From IMG/VR virus record IMGVR_UViG_3300028833_000001, positions 287,171 to 351,170 of that record: 64,000 nt of DNA. One strand, written 5' to 3'. A program made the position numbers and the translations under genes. The notes under the pieces were generated by a model that did no database searches, was not told where the DNA came from, and saw nothing but the letters and a program-made list of their open reading frames with translations. Of this stretch, positions 32,008 through 45,638 are shown piece after piece; the first letter of the stretch is position 1; each line of letters begins with the position of its first letter. This stretch comes from a virus. Its lineage: Duplodnaviria; Heunggongvirae; Uroviricota; Caudoviricetes.

Positions 32008-32488
32008 TATTTTTTATTTCGTTTTCTTCTTTTTTTTTATTTTCGCTGTTTTTTTCATCAATAACATTGGATTTTGTTATTTCATTTAATAAATTTACTT
32101 GGTTTTCGTCTGTACACGAAAAAGTAAATGACAATTGTCTTAGTGTGTCAATAGATATATTATCGTCGCTAAACATTTCTTTTAGCTCTTTTGTTTTTTC
32201 GGCCAACAATTTTGCCCTTTCTATCGCGTTTTTCATTTTACTTATGCAGAACGATATGGCGTCAAAAACAATGTTTTCTCCGTCATCAATATCACAACAA
32301 AATGCGTATTCGTTTGAATTTTTTAACGGTAAAACAGTGACGTTAAATTTTTCTTCTACACTTGAATCGATAACCCATCCATTTGGAAAATTTACAATTA
32401 CGTATATGATTTGTTTGTCAGCGACAGTTCGTACTTGCATTTCCTTGAAATATTCTTTAATTTCAGATATCCTTTCGTTTATGCTCAT
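32000..32488 (-). CDS. hypothetical protein
   Basis: 162-aa ORF in the - strand operon. Confidence 0.65.
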   Translation of the reverse strand: MSINERISEIKEYFKEMQVRTVADKQIIYVIVNFPNGWVIDSSVEEKFNVTVLPLKNSNEYAFCCDIDDGENIVFDAISFCISKMKNAIERAKLLAEKTKELKEMFSDDNISIDTLRQLSFTFSCTDENQVNLLNEITKSNVIDEKNSENKKKEENEIKNNE

Positions 32489-32580
32489 AGATATAATTTT
32501 AAATCACTAAAATATAAGTATTTTAAACAATAAAAACAAGAATTTACTTATTAAAAAAAAAACCCGATTAAATCGGGCTT

Positions 32581-33276
32581 TTAATCAGCTGAAATCATAT
32601 CTGTTATTATATTTCCATACTTTATTAAAGATTTTTTGATTGATTGTTCTCTTGGCACATGTGTTTCGTCTGTATATGTCGCCCCGATTGCCCCAACAAC
32701 AGTTTTTTCGTTATATAGCATCATCATACACAGATATTTAACCCCATTATGATTAAGTCTATAATACATTTCTGGGTCAATTTTTTTCATGTCATCAATG
32801 CCAATAAGTAAAAATGATTCTTCAAACAAATTGGTGGCGCTTGGGTATCTTGAAAGTCTTACATTGGTGTATTCATCAAGTAACCAAGAAGTTGAATTTT
32901 TAGGCTCGGCATATGTTAAATCAACATATAAAAACGGCAGATTGCTTAGGTTTTCTCCGCCATTATGAGCTTCCATGACAAAGACTCTGTCTGCGTTTAT
33001 TTCATTTTTGAAATCAAGCATAGCCTCTCTTATTTTTGGTGTAGCTTCGAGTCTTTTATTTACTGATTTTTGGTGCTGTTCTTGTTGTATGGTTTCTATT
33101 TTTTTAACGAAACTTTCTGGGTTGAATGCTACCTGTCCTACAACTATAACTAGAAAAAGCATCATTATAGTTAATATTATATTCTGAATTCCAGCCTTTT
33201 TCACTAGAGAGAAAAGTTTTTCAAGCCATCCTATAATATTACCAGCATTGTTCGAACCTTGTGGTGTTTCTGCCAT
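32581..33276 (-). CDS. putative holin (single N-terminal TM + GAF-like domain, T4 T-like architecture)
   Basis: One TM helix (IILTIMMLFLVIVVG) followed by ADRVFVMEAHNG...VGAIGATY, a GAF-like pattern. Confidence 0.5.
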   Translation of the reverse strand: MAETPQGSNNAGNIIGWLEKLFSLVKKAGIQNIILTIMMLFLVIVVGQVAFNPESFVKKIETIQQEQHQKSVNKRLEATPKIREAMLDFKNEINADRVFVMEAHNGGENLSNLPFLYVDLTYAEPKNSTSWLLDEYTNVRLSRYPSATNLFEESFLLIGIDDMKKIDPEMYYRLNHNGVKYLCMMMLYNEKTVVGAIGATYTDETHVPREQSIKKSLIKYGNIITDMISAD

Positions 33277-33310
33277 TTTTTTTTGAATTTTAATTTATTG
33301 TGTATTATTG

Positions 33311-34210
33311 TTATTTTGTTTTTCTTATTGTATTTAACGTTTTTGAAAACATTTCGTCGTCTTCTTTAATTCTTGATGAGTGATTTGATGTAGATTCTGG
33401 AGAAGTATACTCAACTAGATGTTTTATTTTATTAATAGATTCTCCAAATCCAGATTTATTAGTGTGATTAATTATGTTTCCAGTATTATTTTGCCATTCA
33501 ACAATATATTCATTTCCAGTTTTATCTTTCATTTTAACTTTTGTTCCGTTAACCTTGAATTCGTCTGGAATCTTTGATAACATGTGCTGTTCGGTAATGA
33601 ATTCTGTTTTTTTGTAATATATAGTTTTTAATGGTTTTTCACTTGTTTGTGTATTTTGCTCCATTTCAGATATACGTTCAGACATTTTTGACATCATTTG
33701 CCGCATGTCAAATCCATCTTTACTTTCGTATAGTGTTTCTTTGTCAAATGTTTTATCATCCATTTCACGAGCCTGAAGTCCTGTTTTTTTGAATTTTTTA
33801 ACATTATCATCCATTTCTTTTTCGTTTTTGGTTATGGTGTTAAAAAATTTTTCATTGTCAGAATAATCGGCGGCTTTTTCATAGTCGTTATTCATTTCTT
33901 GTTCTGATGAATACCCAAGGGCATTTGCCTTTACTCGTTTTTTGTATTCTTTAGACGCGTTTTCTGGGTTATGACCAAGTGTCGTATGGTTACCATCGGT
34001 TTTTTCATATTCAGCATCACCACGTGCCCAGTTTTTCTCGTCTTTCAAGCCGTTGTCATACTTTTTCACCTTATCCATAGAGTCTTTGTTGGCCTTACCG
34101 TTGTTTTTCTTATTGTCACTTTCAACGTTTTTGCCAATAACTGGTTTGAATTCGTTGGAACTCTCAGCAATAAGCTTTCTAATTTTGCCTACATTATAAA
34201 CTTTATCCAT
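33311..34210 (-). CDS. hypothetical, possible internal head protein
   Basis: 299 aa, highly charged, with LIAES/LYESK motifs. Confidence 0.55.
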   Translation of the reverse strand: MDKVYNVGKIRKLIAESSNEFKPVIGKNVESDNKKNNGKANKDSMDKVKKYDNGLKDEKNWARGDAEYEKTDGNHTTLGHNPENASKEYKKRVKANALGYSSEQEMNNDYEKAADYSDNEKFFNTITKNEKEMDDNVKKFKKTGLQAREMDDKTFDKETLYESKDGFDMRQMMSKMSERISEMEQNTQTSEKPLKTIYYKKTEFITEQHMLSKIPDEFKVNGTKVKMKDKTGNEYIVEWQNNTGNIINHTNKSGFGESINKIKHLVEYTSPESTSNHSSRIKEDDEMFSKTLNTIRKTK

Positions 34211-34240
34211 AGTATTGATGTAATTAATGTTATTGTTTAT

Positions 34241-35044
34241 TTATGATGCCATTTTTTTTGCATTTTGAGCAAATATGGCCCTTTTCCTCGTTAATTTATT
34301 TTTTGAATGTGTTAGCTCTTCGGTAGATTTACCAGTTCTTTTCTTTGTCTGTGTAAATTTACCTTTGTTTTCTGGTTTAATGTTTATATCTTCTTCAACT
34401 TCACCAGCCCAACTTTTTTCCATCATGTTTTTATGGTCTAATGTTGGGTCATTTTTTTTAACGTTCATCGGAACATCATAACCAAAATCACCGATTTGAG
34501 TGTTCATTACAGACTCCTCTTTAATAACTTTACTTATGGAGTCCATTTGTTCCTGTGTAACAAAAAATGTTCTACTGATTGGTTTATTGTTCAATTTGGT
34601 TGTAAATTGGCCAGAAGATGCCGCATTTGTTGCCCCAGCAATATCGCCACATCCTTCACCGTCTTCATCTATGCGTTCAAAACCAATGTTGTTATCAACA
34701 ACATGAGCATATTCGTATAACTTTCCGTATAATTTTTTGATTTTTCGCAAGATATCCTTGCGAGGAGCTTTATATGTGATTTCAAATGTATCTGGTAGTC
34801 GTTTTCCGTTTTCATCACTACCATTATCTTTAATTTTGCTTTGTTTAATTAAAATAGCTGAAAAATCATCATCTTTATCTGGTTTGTCAAGTAATAAGTT
34901 AAGCACTTTTTCATTTGTAAAATTATGTTGTTTAAGAAAATCATCAATATCAGCTTTTAATGGGTTTTGTAAAAGCTGTTTGATATAGTCTTTTATATAA
35001 TTTACAAAAGCGCCTCTAGTTAATTCATTATGTTCGTGATACAT
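34241..35044 (-). CDS. hypothetical, possible internal head protein
   Basis: 267 aa, with IDED/IKEES/VEED motifs and C-terminal INIKPENKGKFT...KRAIFAQNAKK. Confidence 0.55.
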   Translation of the reverse strand: MYHEHNELTRGAFVNYIKDYIKQLLQNPLKADIDDFLKQHNFTNEKVLNLLLDKPDKDDDFSAILIKQSKIKDNGSDENGKRLPDTFEITYKAPRKDILRKIKKLYGKLYEYAHVVDNNIGFERIDEDGEGCGDIAGATNAASSGQFTTKLNNKPISRTFFVTQEQMDSISKVIKEESVMNTQIGDFGYDVPMNVKKNDPTLDHKNMMEKSWAGEVEEDINIKPENKGKFTQTKKRTGKSTEELTHSKNKLTRKRAIFAQNAKKMAS

Positions 35045-35049
35045 TTTCC

Positions 35050-35280
35050 CTATTTTTTAATTTCATCTTCATAAAAGTTACGCCTTTGCCATAAAGTTCT
35101 AAATAATAAGTTAACTGATGCGGCAACAACCTCTTTAACACGCTTTTCGATGTTCTTTTGTGTTGTTTTGTCATTTTTTAAAACATCATTAACAATGGCT
35201 TTAATTTCCGATTTTGTGATGTCTGATTCCAGTAATAAATCATTAATCTCTTTTTCCGTAAAAGTTCTTGTATTATTCAT
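35050..35280 (-). CDS. hypothetical small protein (start revised to MNNTRTF)
   Basis: The ACTATTTAT motif at 35306-35314 and a terminator at ~35329-35352 lie inside the longer ORF call, which favours the ATG at 35280. Confidence 0.55.
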   Translation of the reverse strand: MNNTRTFTEKEINDLLLESDITKSEIKAIVNDVLKNDKTTQKNIEKRVKEVVAASVNLLFRTLWQRRNFYEDEIKK

Positions 35281-35374
35281 ATGCTTGAGGCGTATTTTAT
35301 CTTCTATAAATAGTATTGTGTAATAAAAATCCACCCCCAGTAGAGGTGGATTTGTCTATAAATATGCTGTTTAA

Positions 35375-35914
35375 TTAATCTTCGCTAGCAGCCTTTGCCA
35401 TTTTTTCGAGGTCGGTTACTTCCATGTTCCATTCTTCTCTCCAGTTCATGTAAAATCCATATAATTTTTGTAATGTTTCCATGTTATCTTTTGTTAACAC
35501 AAGAGAGTCCGCCCAAATAAAACAGCCAAATTGACTATCGGTTTGTAAAACAAATTGAAATTTTAAATTTTTTAAACTAGGTATTACTCCACTAAATATT
35601 AAATTGGATACCGACTTTTTACTATTTTCGCCGACATTGGCTGTCTTTGGCACAAAAATTAATGGTGATTCACTAACATCATTCTCATTTGGTTCAGAGA
35701 ATTGAGCCCCACTATCGACTTGCGACCTAAATTGCTCTATTTGGTTACTTAAAACATTATTACCAAATTTTATATCGTCTGTAATGGCAATTGCCTTATC
35801 TGACTTAATATCAGCTTCTACAAGAAGTTGCTGACTTGACTGTTTATAGTTTTCTTGCAGTTTTCTGATTCTTGATAAAATACTTCTTGTTATATCGATT
35901 TCTTCGTTTTTCAT
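35375..35914 (-). CDS. hypothetical protein
   Basis: 179-aa ORF. Confidence 0.6.
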   Translation of the reverse strand: MKNEEIDITRSILSRIRKLQENYKQSSQQLLVEADIKSDKAIAITDDIKFGNNVLSNQIEQFRSQVDSGAQFSEPNENDVSESPLIFVPKTANVGENSKKSVSNLIFSGVIPSLKNLKFQFVLQTDSQFGCFIWADSLVLTKDNMETLQKLYGFYMNWREEWNMEVTDLEKMAKAASED

Positions 35915-35919
35915 CTATA

Positions 35920-36351
35920 TTAAAAATCTAAACCACTGCCATTCCACCATGTGGTGAACCCGCCTTTAAAGCTAGTTTTATTTGGCGATGACATTATTTT
36001 TTGAACCTTCTCTTTTAATTCTTCGGCCTTTTCAAGTTCTTCTTGAATGAAATTATTAACTTTGTCAGGCTCTTTTGACATAAGCGATTCTAATTCCTTT
36101 TTCTTTTCGGAAATTTTATCAGTTTCTTCTATAACCTCGTTTACTGGTTCTAACGCACTTTTAATTTCATCTGTTATATTTTCCAAATTATCATATTCTA
36201 TATTAATTTCAGTATTAACAGATTCAATTTGTTTTTTAACCTCATCAACGATATTTCCAGATTCTTCATTTGTTGTTACTGGTTTACTTCGTCTAGTTTT
36301 ATTTGGGGTTTTTTTCTTTGTCGTTTCTGTTTTCTTTTTTGTTTCAGCCAT
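35920..36351 (-). CDS. hypothetical coiled-coil protein
   Basis: 143 aa with C-terminal FTTWWNG. Confidence 0.6.
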   Translation of the reverse strand: MAETKKKTETTKKKTPNKTRRSKPVTTNEESGNIVDEVKKQIESVNTEINIEYDNLENITDEIKSALEPVNEVIEETDKISEKKKELESLMSKEPDKVNNFIQEELEKAEELKEKVQKIMSSPNKTSFKGGFTTWWNGSGLDF

Positions 36352-36374
36352 ATTTGTATTCTATTAATATATTA

Positions 36375-37079
36375 TTAAATAGTTTGTACACCTAAATTAA
36401 GTGCTTCGCACCTCATTTTGTTAAATGCGCCGCTTTTAATTTGCCTAACACGTTCTTTAGTCAACCCTAATTCATTGCCAATTTCTTCTAAAGTCATTTC
36501 GTCATTGTTATTTAACCCAAAATATTTGGAAATTACTAGTTTTTCTCTATCAGTTAAGCATCCGCACAACAATTCAACGGTATGTTTATTGTCTTTATCG
36601 TTGATATAATTATCATAGTCATAGCAAATATAATTATCTGACTCGCTTTTATCAACATTTTCTTCCGATTTTTCATTATCGTAATCAAACGATTCTTCTA
36701 TGTCATCACAGCAGAGTCTGTTTCTTTTATGCAGGGCTTCAAGAATTGTTTGGCGTATCCACCATACAGAATAACTAATGGTCTTAAAACCTTTAGTATA
36801 ATCAAATTTATCAAAAGACTTAATAAGCCCAATATTACCTTCTGCTATCAAGTCAGAATATGACAAACCAAGTCCCTGGTACCCTTTTGCTATACTTGCT
36901 ACAAATTTTAAATTGGACTTAAGTAGTTTATCACGGGCATTTATGTCGTTATTGTTTTTATATTTTTCCCATAGACTTAATTCCTCTTCTCGTGAAAGAG
37001 GATTTAGTTTACCTATATCTCCGAAATACATTAATGAGCTTTTATCAAAATCAGATTGTATTCTTCTATTTTTACCCAT
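36375..37079 (-). CDS. RNA polymerase sigma-70 family factor (regions 1.2, 2, 4; short region 3)
   Basis: NLKFVASIAKGY..DLIAEGNIGLIKSFDKFD..GFKTISYSVWWIRQ and MTLEEIGNELGLTKERVRQIK. Resembles the small Bacteroidota primary sigma. Confidence 0.92.
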   Translation of the reverse strand: MGKNRRIQSDFDKSSLMYFGDIGKLNPLSREEELSLWEKYKNNNDINARDKLLKSNLKFVASIAKGYQGLGLSYSDLIAEGNIGLIKSFDKFDYTKGFKTISYSVWWIRQTILEALHKRNRLCCDDIEESFDYDNEKSEENVDKSESDNYICYDYDNYINDKDNKHTVELLCGCLTDREKLVISKYFGLNNNDEMTLEEIGNELGLTKERVRQIKSGAFNKMRCEALNLGVQTI

Positions 37080-37090
37080 CCATATATGAA

Positions 37091-39472
37091 TTAATTTTTA
37101 TTATTTTTAATTCTTGAAATGTTGTTTTCTTTTATAATAGTCACTACATTCCCTTCATCATACCAATCAAGGTCAATATGACATATATGTAAAATAAATT
37201 CAAATTCTTTTGCTATTTTATCATAAATTTTTTTCATATCGTCATAGTTTTCTTTAGCTACAGTACCAAGTACTTCATCAAGCAGAATAAAAGGAGGTTT
37301 CGGCATTTTTGACAGCTTTCCAAGTACAACTCGCAATGCAAGCGCTGCTTGAGTTGTTTCTAATCCAGATGCGGCAGATAATCTTGTTCTAACGTCATCA
37401 CGGATAAGAATAAAATCAATGTCATTCTTGTCGTTCATCGTAACCTCTACCTTGAAATCCGTGGTGTCACACAACAGTCTGTTTAGTTCGCTGTTTATGA
37501 TTGGTAAAGTGTTTCTAAGTACAATTTTAGAAATACCATCTTTTCCAATCATTTGCAGATAAAGTTTCCAGTATTTTTCGATTTTAATTTCTTCGTCAAT
37601 TTTTATAATATAACCCTTCTTTGTGCTTATGGTTTCGTTATTAGCGCTAATCTCTCTTTCATATGAAGAGTTAGTATTAGTTAATTGTGTTTTAAGATTG
37701 TTTTCTGTTGAAATATTAGCGTTTATGACATTTATTTCGGCATCAATTTTATTGTTCTTCTCAATATTTTCTTTATTTAAATTTACTTCATTCAAAGTAT
37801 TCTTAGCTTCTTGATATTCCAGTCTTTTATTAGTTATTTCAGTTGTTATAGCGGCTATTTTCAATTCTATTTGTGTTTTTTTCATGAATTGTGTTCGTTT
37901 TTCTTCGATTTTTTCCATAGCACTGACAACTTTTTCATTTTCAAGTTTCAATTGAACACCTTCTTCCGTGTATTTTTTGATTTTTTCATTGTTTTCTGCT
38001 ATAATCCCGCTATTATCAACATTATCAAGTTTTCTATGACATGTTGGACAAATTTCAGCATTGGCAAGGTTTTGATTTGTGGCCTTTAATCGTTGAATTT
38101 CACTTCTTAATTCGGCCATTTTTGTAATTTGGTTGTTGTTGGTTGTTTTTAGAGATTTATATTCTTCATCAGAGAACGAAATATCACCAAAATCTTTTAA
38201 TAATTCTTTCTGGCTGTTAAGTTCTGCGTTTTTTCTTTTACCAGTTTCGATTATGGTATTAATTGTCGATTCAAGTGTATTAACGTCTATTTTCAGCAAT
38301 TTATCGTCAACATTTTGCTTTGCTAACAATAAAGCATCTCTACTTTTATTAAACGAATCAATTTTACTTTCTGATTCGGCAATTTTATTTTTATTGTTTT
38401 TGATTTCTTCGTTTAATTTACAATTAGTATCCTCAAGAAGTGAAATCTCATTAATCAATTGTTCTCTATTGAACATGTCGCAAACGCGTCCAACAGAGAT
38501 ATCTTTATTCCATTTTTCCCTAGCCTTTATATCTTTATCTTCAATAACAGAAAGACCAATCCATCTTGATAAAAGACGTCCGCGTTCTGTTTCTGTTAAT
38601 TTAATTAATGAATCAAGGTCTTTTGCATTTGCACTGATAATCAAATCAAAATCACTTTCATTTCCAATTGCATCTTTAATTGTTTTGCTTGTAGCTTTGC
38701 TACTTTCACCACTGTTATTCTCATCTGGAAGCAATTCTTCTTCTCCGTTTGGCAATAATTTATAATATTCAACCTTATTAGTTATGGTTTTGGTTTTCTT
38801 TTTTGAATTTGGTCTTGTTAATGTCCTTTTGATTAGATAATCCTCACCGTCAATGGAAACACATCCTTCAACTGTTAAAGTTTTTTCATCTGGAAGATAG
38901 TTGTTAAACAATTCAGATAATGTTTTAGCTTTATCCGTATTTGTTTTGCCAAATAGCAAAAAGTGCAGTAAGTCGTAAGCAAAAGTTGATTTTCCACTTT
39001 TGTTCGCTGGTTCTCCATTTAATAGGACGATTCCGTGCAATTTTGTAAAATCAAAATAATTATCTTGTCCATATGATAAAAAATTGCTCCATTTAATCCA
39101 TTTGATTGTATATTTTTTTGAGTTATGATATCTATCGGAGTCAACCATTGAATTAATTTGAGAATCAATTTTAACAATTTCACTGAAATCCTCATCAGTT
39201 AGTTTTAGTCCGTTATTTTCAACCCATTGTTTCATTAGTTCATGCTGAAATTGAGGGTCGTAAATGTCATCGACAACATCTCCAGCCAACGCGCCTTCCT
39301 GGCCTTTTTTATTGGAAAAATTAACATCGACACTAATGTTTTTTTCTGGAATCCCATATTTTTCAGCCATTTTGGATATAACATTCTTCTGTTCCTCAAC
39401 AGTTAGAAATGAATTAGTCGTATCAATTCTAATTAAAACTTTTGAATCTTGTCCTATATCAATTTTTTTCAT
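37091..39472 (-). CDS. sbcC: SbcC/Rad50-like ATPase (gp46-like)
   Basis: Walker A GEPANKSGKST, coiled coils with a CPTC zinc hook, signature ASGLE, Walker B ILLDE and H-loop ICH. Confidence 0.9.
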   Translation of the reverse strand: MKKIDIGQDSKVLIRIDTTNSFLTVEEQKNVISKMAEKYGIPEKNISVDVNFSNKKGQEGALAGDVVDDIYDPQFQHELMKQWVENNGLKLTDEDFSEIVKIDSQINSMVDSDRYHNSKKYTIKWIKWSNFLSYGQDNYFDFTKLHGIVLLNGEPANKSGKSTFAYDLLHFLLFGKTNTDKAKTLSELFNNYLPDEKTLTVEGCVSIDGEDYLIKRTLTRPNSKKKTKTITNKVEYYKLLPNGEEELLPDENNSGESSKATSKTIKDAIGNESDFDLIISANAKDLDSLIKLTETERGRLLSRWIGLSVIEDKDIKAREKWNKDISVGRVCDMFNREQLINEISLLEDTNCKLNEEIKNNKNKIAESESKIDSFNKSRDALLLAKQNVDDKLLKIDVNTLESTINTIIETGKRKNAELNSQKELLKDFGDISFSDEEYKSLKTTNNNQITKMAELRSEIQRLKATNQNLANAEICPTCHRKLDNVDNSGIIAENNEKIKKYTEEGVQLKLENEKVVSAMEKIEEKRTQFMKKTQIELKIAAITTEITNKRLEYQEAKNTLNEVNLNKENIEKNNKIDAEINVINANISTENNLKTQLTNTNSSYEREISANNETISTKKGYIIKIDEEIKIEKYWKLYLQMIGKDGISKIVLRNTLPIINSELNRLLCDTTDFKVEVTMNDKNDIDFILIRDDVRTRLSAASGLETTQAALALRVVLGKLSKMPKPPFILLDEVLGTVAKENYDDMKKIYDKIAKEFEFILHICHIDLDWYDEGNVVTIIKENNISRIKNNKN

Positions 39473-39484
39473 AATATTTTTATT

Positions 39485-39835
39485 TTATAATCTTCTTTTT
39501 CTTATAATGATTCCGTTTTCTTCTATGTTTTTTGTAGTAATTTCTGACTCGGTCTTAATTTCGTTTTTGCCTGTTTCTGCATCGTTTGCTGGCTCTATTT
39601 TGTTTTTCTCAATGTGTTGGTTATAGTCAATCATTATGCCAAATGGAGTTTCCCCGTATTGTTCTATTAAAATCGCTTTTTCAAGTTTTTCGCTACAAAA
39701 ATCGCTTATTTTTAAGTTATTTGATTTACAATAGTCGGAAATCTTTTTGAAAACATCTTCTTTTATTTTAACGTTTTTAAAGTTCATTTTTAATATATTA
39801 TATTTAATAATATAAAAATAAATTTTCTTAACCAA
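39485..39835 (-). CDS. small putative ribbon-helix-helix DNA-binding protein
   Basis: KNVKIKEDVFKKISDYCKSNNLKISDF fits an RHH-like pattern. Likely start is MNFKN. Confidence 0.5.
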   Translation of the reverse strand: MVKKIYFYIIKYNILKMNFKNVKIKEDVFKKISDYCKSNNLKISDFCSEKLEKAILIEQYGETPFGIMIDYNQHIEKNKIEPANDAETGKNEIKTESEITTKNIEENGIIIRKRRL

Positions 39836-39890
39836 ATTATTGTTGACTAATAAGATATGTTTTTTTATTTTTTAATAAAATTAGAATTTT

Positions 39891-40709
39891 ATGGAACAAA
39901 TTGACTCATATAGTGACACGTATCCAAGATATATTTTAGGGTTAGATGTTAGCACTGCGTGTATTGGCGTGAGTGTTGTAAAGGATGACGGAATAAATAA
40001 GCCAGAAATATTATATTTAAGCCATAAAACACCGATTGTGCCAAGAAAAATAAAGGGAATAGAATCTTTATTTCTTAAAAAACAAATTTTTGAGGATGAA
40101 TTTATAAATGAAATTTCCAAACAATTTAAAATTACCGATGTAATAATAGAGGAACCGTTATTGTCATCAAATAATATAAACACGGTTGCAACTTTATTAC
40201 GTTTTAATGGAATGGTTGCCGAATCGATATATAGAATCTTAAAATTGGTCCCATCGTTTATTTCTTCTTATGATGCAAGAATGTATTCATTTCCAGAATT
40301 AATTTCTATTAGAAAATATAACAAAAAAGGCGAGGAATATACATTATCTCATATAAAATCGGCGATTAAAAACAATAAAATTGTACTATTTGGCTCGTAT
40401 CCGTTTGATGTAGATAAAAAAACTGTTATGATGGATATGGTCAATGAAATGTATTCTGAAAGCGGTATAGAATGGATTTTAGACAAAAATGGAAATCTAA
40501 AAAAGGAAAATTTCGATGCGTGCGATTCTTTGATATGTGTGTTGGCATATATTAATGTTAACAGATATGGGTTAAGTGAACCAAAAATAATTAATTATGA
40601 GATAAACGATACTGAAACTGGCATAAATATTAATTATTCAACACAAATTTGGGATAAAATTTACAATAAACAATTGATACTTTCAAAAAAAATAACTAAT
40701 ATGGCTTAA
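39891..40709 (+). CDS. ruvC: RuvC-like Holliday junction resolvase
   Basis: Acidic catalytic motifs ILGLDVST, VIIEEP and NFDACDS. Confidence 0.75.
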   Translation: MEQIDSYSDTYPRYILGLDVSTACIGVSVVKDDGINKPEILYLSHKTPIVPRKIKGIESLFLKKQIFEDEFINEISKQFKITDVIIEEPLLSSNNINTVATLLRFNGMVAESIYRILKLVPSFISSYDARMYSFPELISIRKYNKKGEEYTLSHIKSAIKNNKIVLFGSYPFDVDKKTVMMDMVNEMYSESGIEWILDKNGNLKKENFDACDSLICVLAYINVNRYGLSEPKIINYEINDTETGININYSTQIWDKIYNKQLILSKKITNMA

Positions 40710-40876
40710 TTTACTATTTTTTTAACAGTTATCTGATTTTATTTCCCATAACACTTACTATTTATTCTAAGAAAAAGAATATTATTTAAATTAATATTTT
40801 ATACAAATTTTATAGTTTAAAATTAATAGATTTAAATAGTGCTATATATTAATAATATTATTATAATATACTTGTT

Positions 40877-41935
40877 ATGGGATATTTAAACGACCCAAGG
40901 GAATTACAAATAAGACCAGAAAGCGGAGTTACTCTTGAACAGGATAACAGATTTGAAGAAATGTATCATTGGGGGGCCGCTGTTTTAGATTTATGCAATC
41001 TACCAGTCGATGAATATATGAGGCCTATGACAGTTAACATAGGAGAAGGTGGCGGTGGCATATCCCCAACTCCAACTGTTAAAACATATACGCTTAAATA
41101 TTATATTAACGGAAGTGTTAACAAAACAATAACACTTGCGGCTGGAGACGAAATAACGCAATACACTCCGAGTACTGTAGGATACACGTTTAATGGGTGG
41201 TATACTGATTCAAGGCTAACCGCTAAGTTTACAGATACTGTTATGCCTGAAAGAAATGTTACCGTGTACGGCGAAATGGTTCCAAATGAATATGTTTTGG
41301 CATTTTATAATGAAACAGAATTAATCTCATCGGCAAATGTTGCATATAATACAAATATAACATACCCAAATATGCCAGATAAGATTGAAAGCGGTGTTCA
41401 ATATACTTTTGTGTGGGACGACGGTATATATAACGTAATGCCGAATAATGATTTGGATGTATATGGCCATTACGAAATAGTTTCAACGTCAGATACGTTT
41501 TATTATGGTGTATTAATGAACTCAAGCCTTGGTAATAATTTGAATGGTATCGAGAGCTCATTGACAGAAGCATTAATAAGCCAAATAGAGCCAAATGACT
41601 ATTATCCAATGGAAATTCCAGCAATTACCGACCAAGAGTTTTCTGAATTTGAAGAAGAATGGTTTGATAAATTTGAAGAAGACGATGAATTTACTGAAAA
41701 TTGGGTAAATAATTATTCATTTTCAGTAGTTATTGTAGTACCAAGCGATAGGGAAATATTATCGGTCAAACAAGGCGATATTGACGCTGTTGATTGGGTT
41801 GGAACAAATTATGAGACAAATTATGGTTCTATAAACATAAATGGTATAGAATATAATGTCTATGGCTATAAGACTAAAAATTATTATGTGCAAGACGATA
41901 GTAAACCAAAACAAATTTATATCGACATAAAATAA
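40877..41935 (+). CDS. InlB B-repeat (Flg_new) containing virion protein
   Basis: GYTFNGWYTD...MPERNVTVYG and a second copy ...YTFVWD...MPNNDLDVYG. Confidence 0.7.
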   Translation: MGYLNDPRELQIRPESGVTLEQDNRFEEMYHWGAAVLDLCNLPVDEYMRPMTVNIGEGGGGISPTPTVKTYTLKYYINGSVNKTITLAAGDEITQYTPSTVGYTFNGWYTDSRLTAKFTDTVMPERNVTVYGEMVPNEYVLAFYNETELISSANVAYNTNITYPNMPDKIESGVQYTFVWDDGIYNVMPNNDLDVYGHYEIVSTSDTFYYGVLMNSSLGNNLNGIESSLTEALISQIEPNDYYPMEIPAITDQEFSEFEEEWFDKFEEDDEFTENWVNNYSFSVVIVVPSDREILSVKQGDIDAVDWVGTNYETNYGSININGIEYNVYGYKTKNYYVQDDSKPKQIYIDIK

Positions 41936-41951
41936 AAACACATATTAAAAT

Positions 41952-45023
<3,072 letters not shown>

Positions 45024-45047
45024 TAAGGTTAACAAACACAACAAGAA

Positions 45048-45623
45048 ATGGCTAGTTATACAGAAGAAAATATAAAATCGACAATGTCTTGGGCAAATTC
45101 GTTCTCAAGACTGAATCCAGATGTTTTGGATAGAACATCATTATGGGGCTCTTTGATTGATGCACAAAAATACGCTAAAGGTGATAAAAACGACCCAGAT
45201 TCAAGGGGTTTATTCGGAACGTCATACATTGGTCAAATATTAACTGTTTACGAAAATGATGAAGTAACTGTTTATAAAATTGATTCAAACAGAAATTTAA
45301 TTGAAATAGGCGCTGCATCAAATGTTTTAACGGCCCAAACATATACGGCTGGTCTTGTATATGCAACTTCTGACAATGTAGGAAAAATTATAAGTGTTGT
45401 TGAATCCGAAACAATAGAAGAAGGCGGAGAAGAAGTTACATACACTGACGGATTATATATTGTTGTAGGTGCTGGAACTTTGGCTAAAATAGCAACAAGC
45501 ACAGCAACTGGAGATGTTACGGCTGATATTATTGCATTACAAACAAGAGTTGGGGCATTAGAATCGTCTCAATCAGAGCAAGACGGGGCTTGCTATTGGG
45601 AAACGGATGGAATAATAGTTTGA
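45048..45623 (+). CDS. hypothetical fibre-associated protein
   Basis: 191 aa, with SYIGQILTV and a C-terminal coiled coil. Confidence 0.6.
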   Translation: MASYTEENIKSTMSWANSFSRLNPDVLDRTSLWGSLIDAQKYAKGDKNDPDSRGLFGTSYIGQILTVYENDEVTVYKIDSNRNLIEIGAASNVLTAQTYTAGLVYATSDNVGKIISVVESETIEEGGEEVTYTDGLYIVVGAGTLAKIATSTATGDVTADIIALQTRVGALESSQSEQDGACYWETDGIIV

Positions 45624-45638
45624 AATTAAAATATACAA

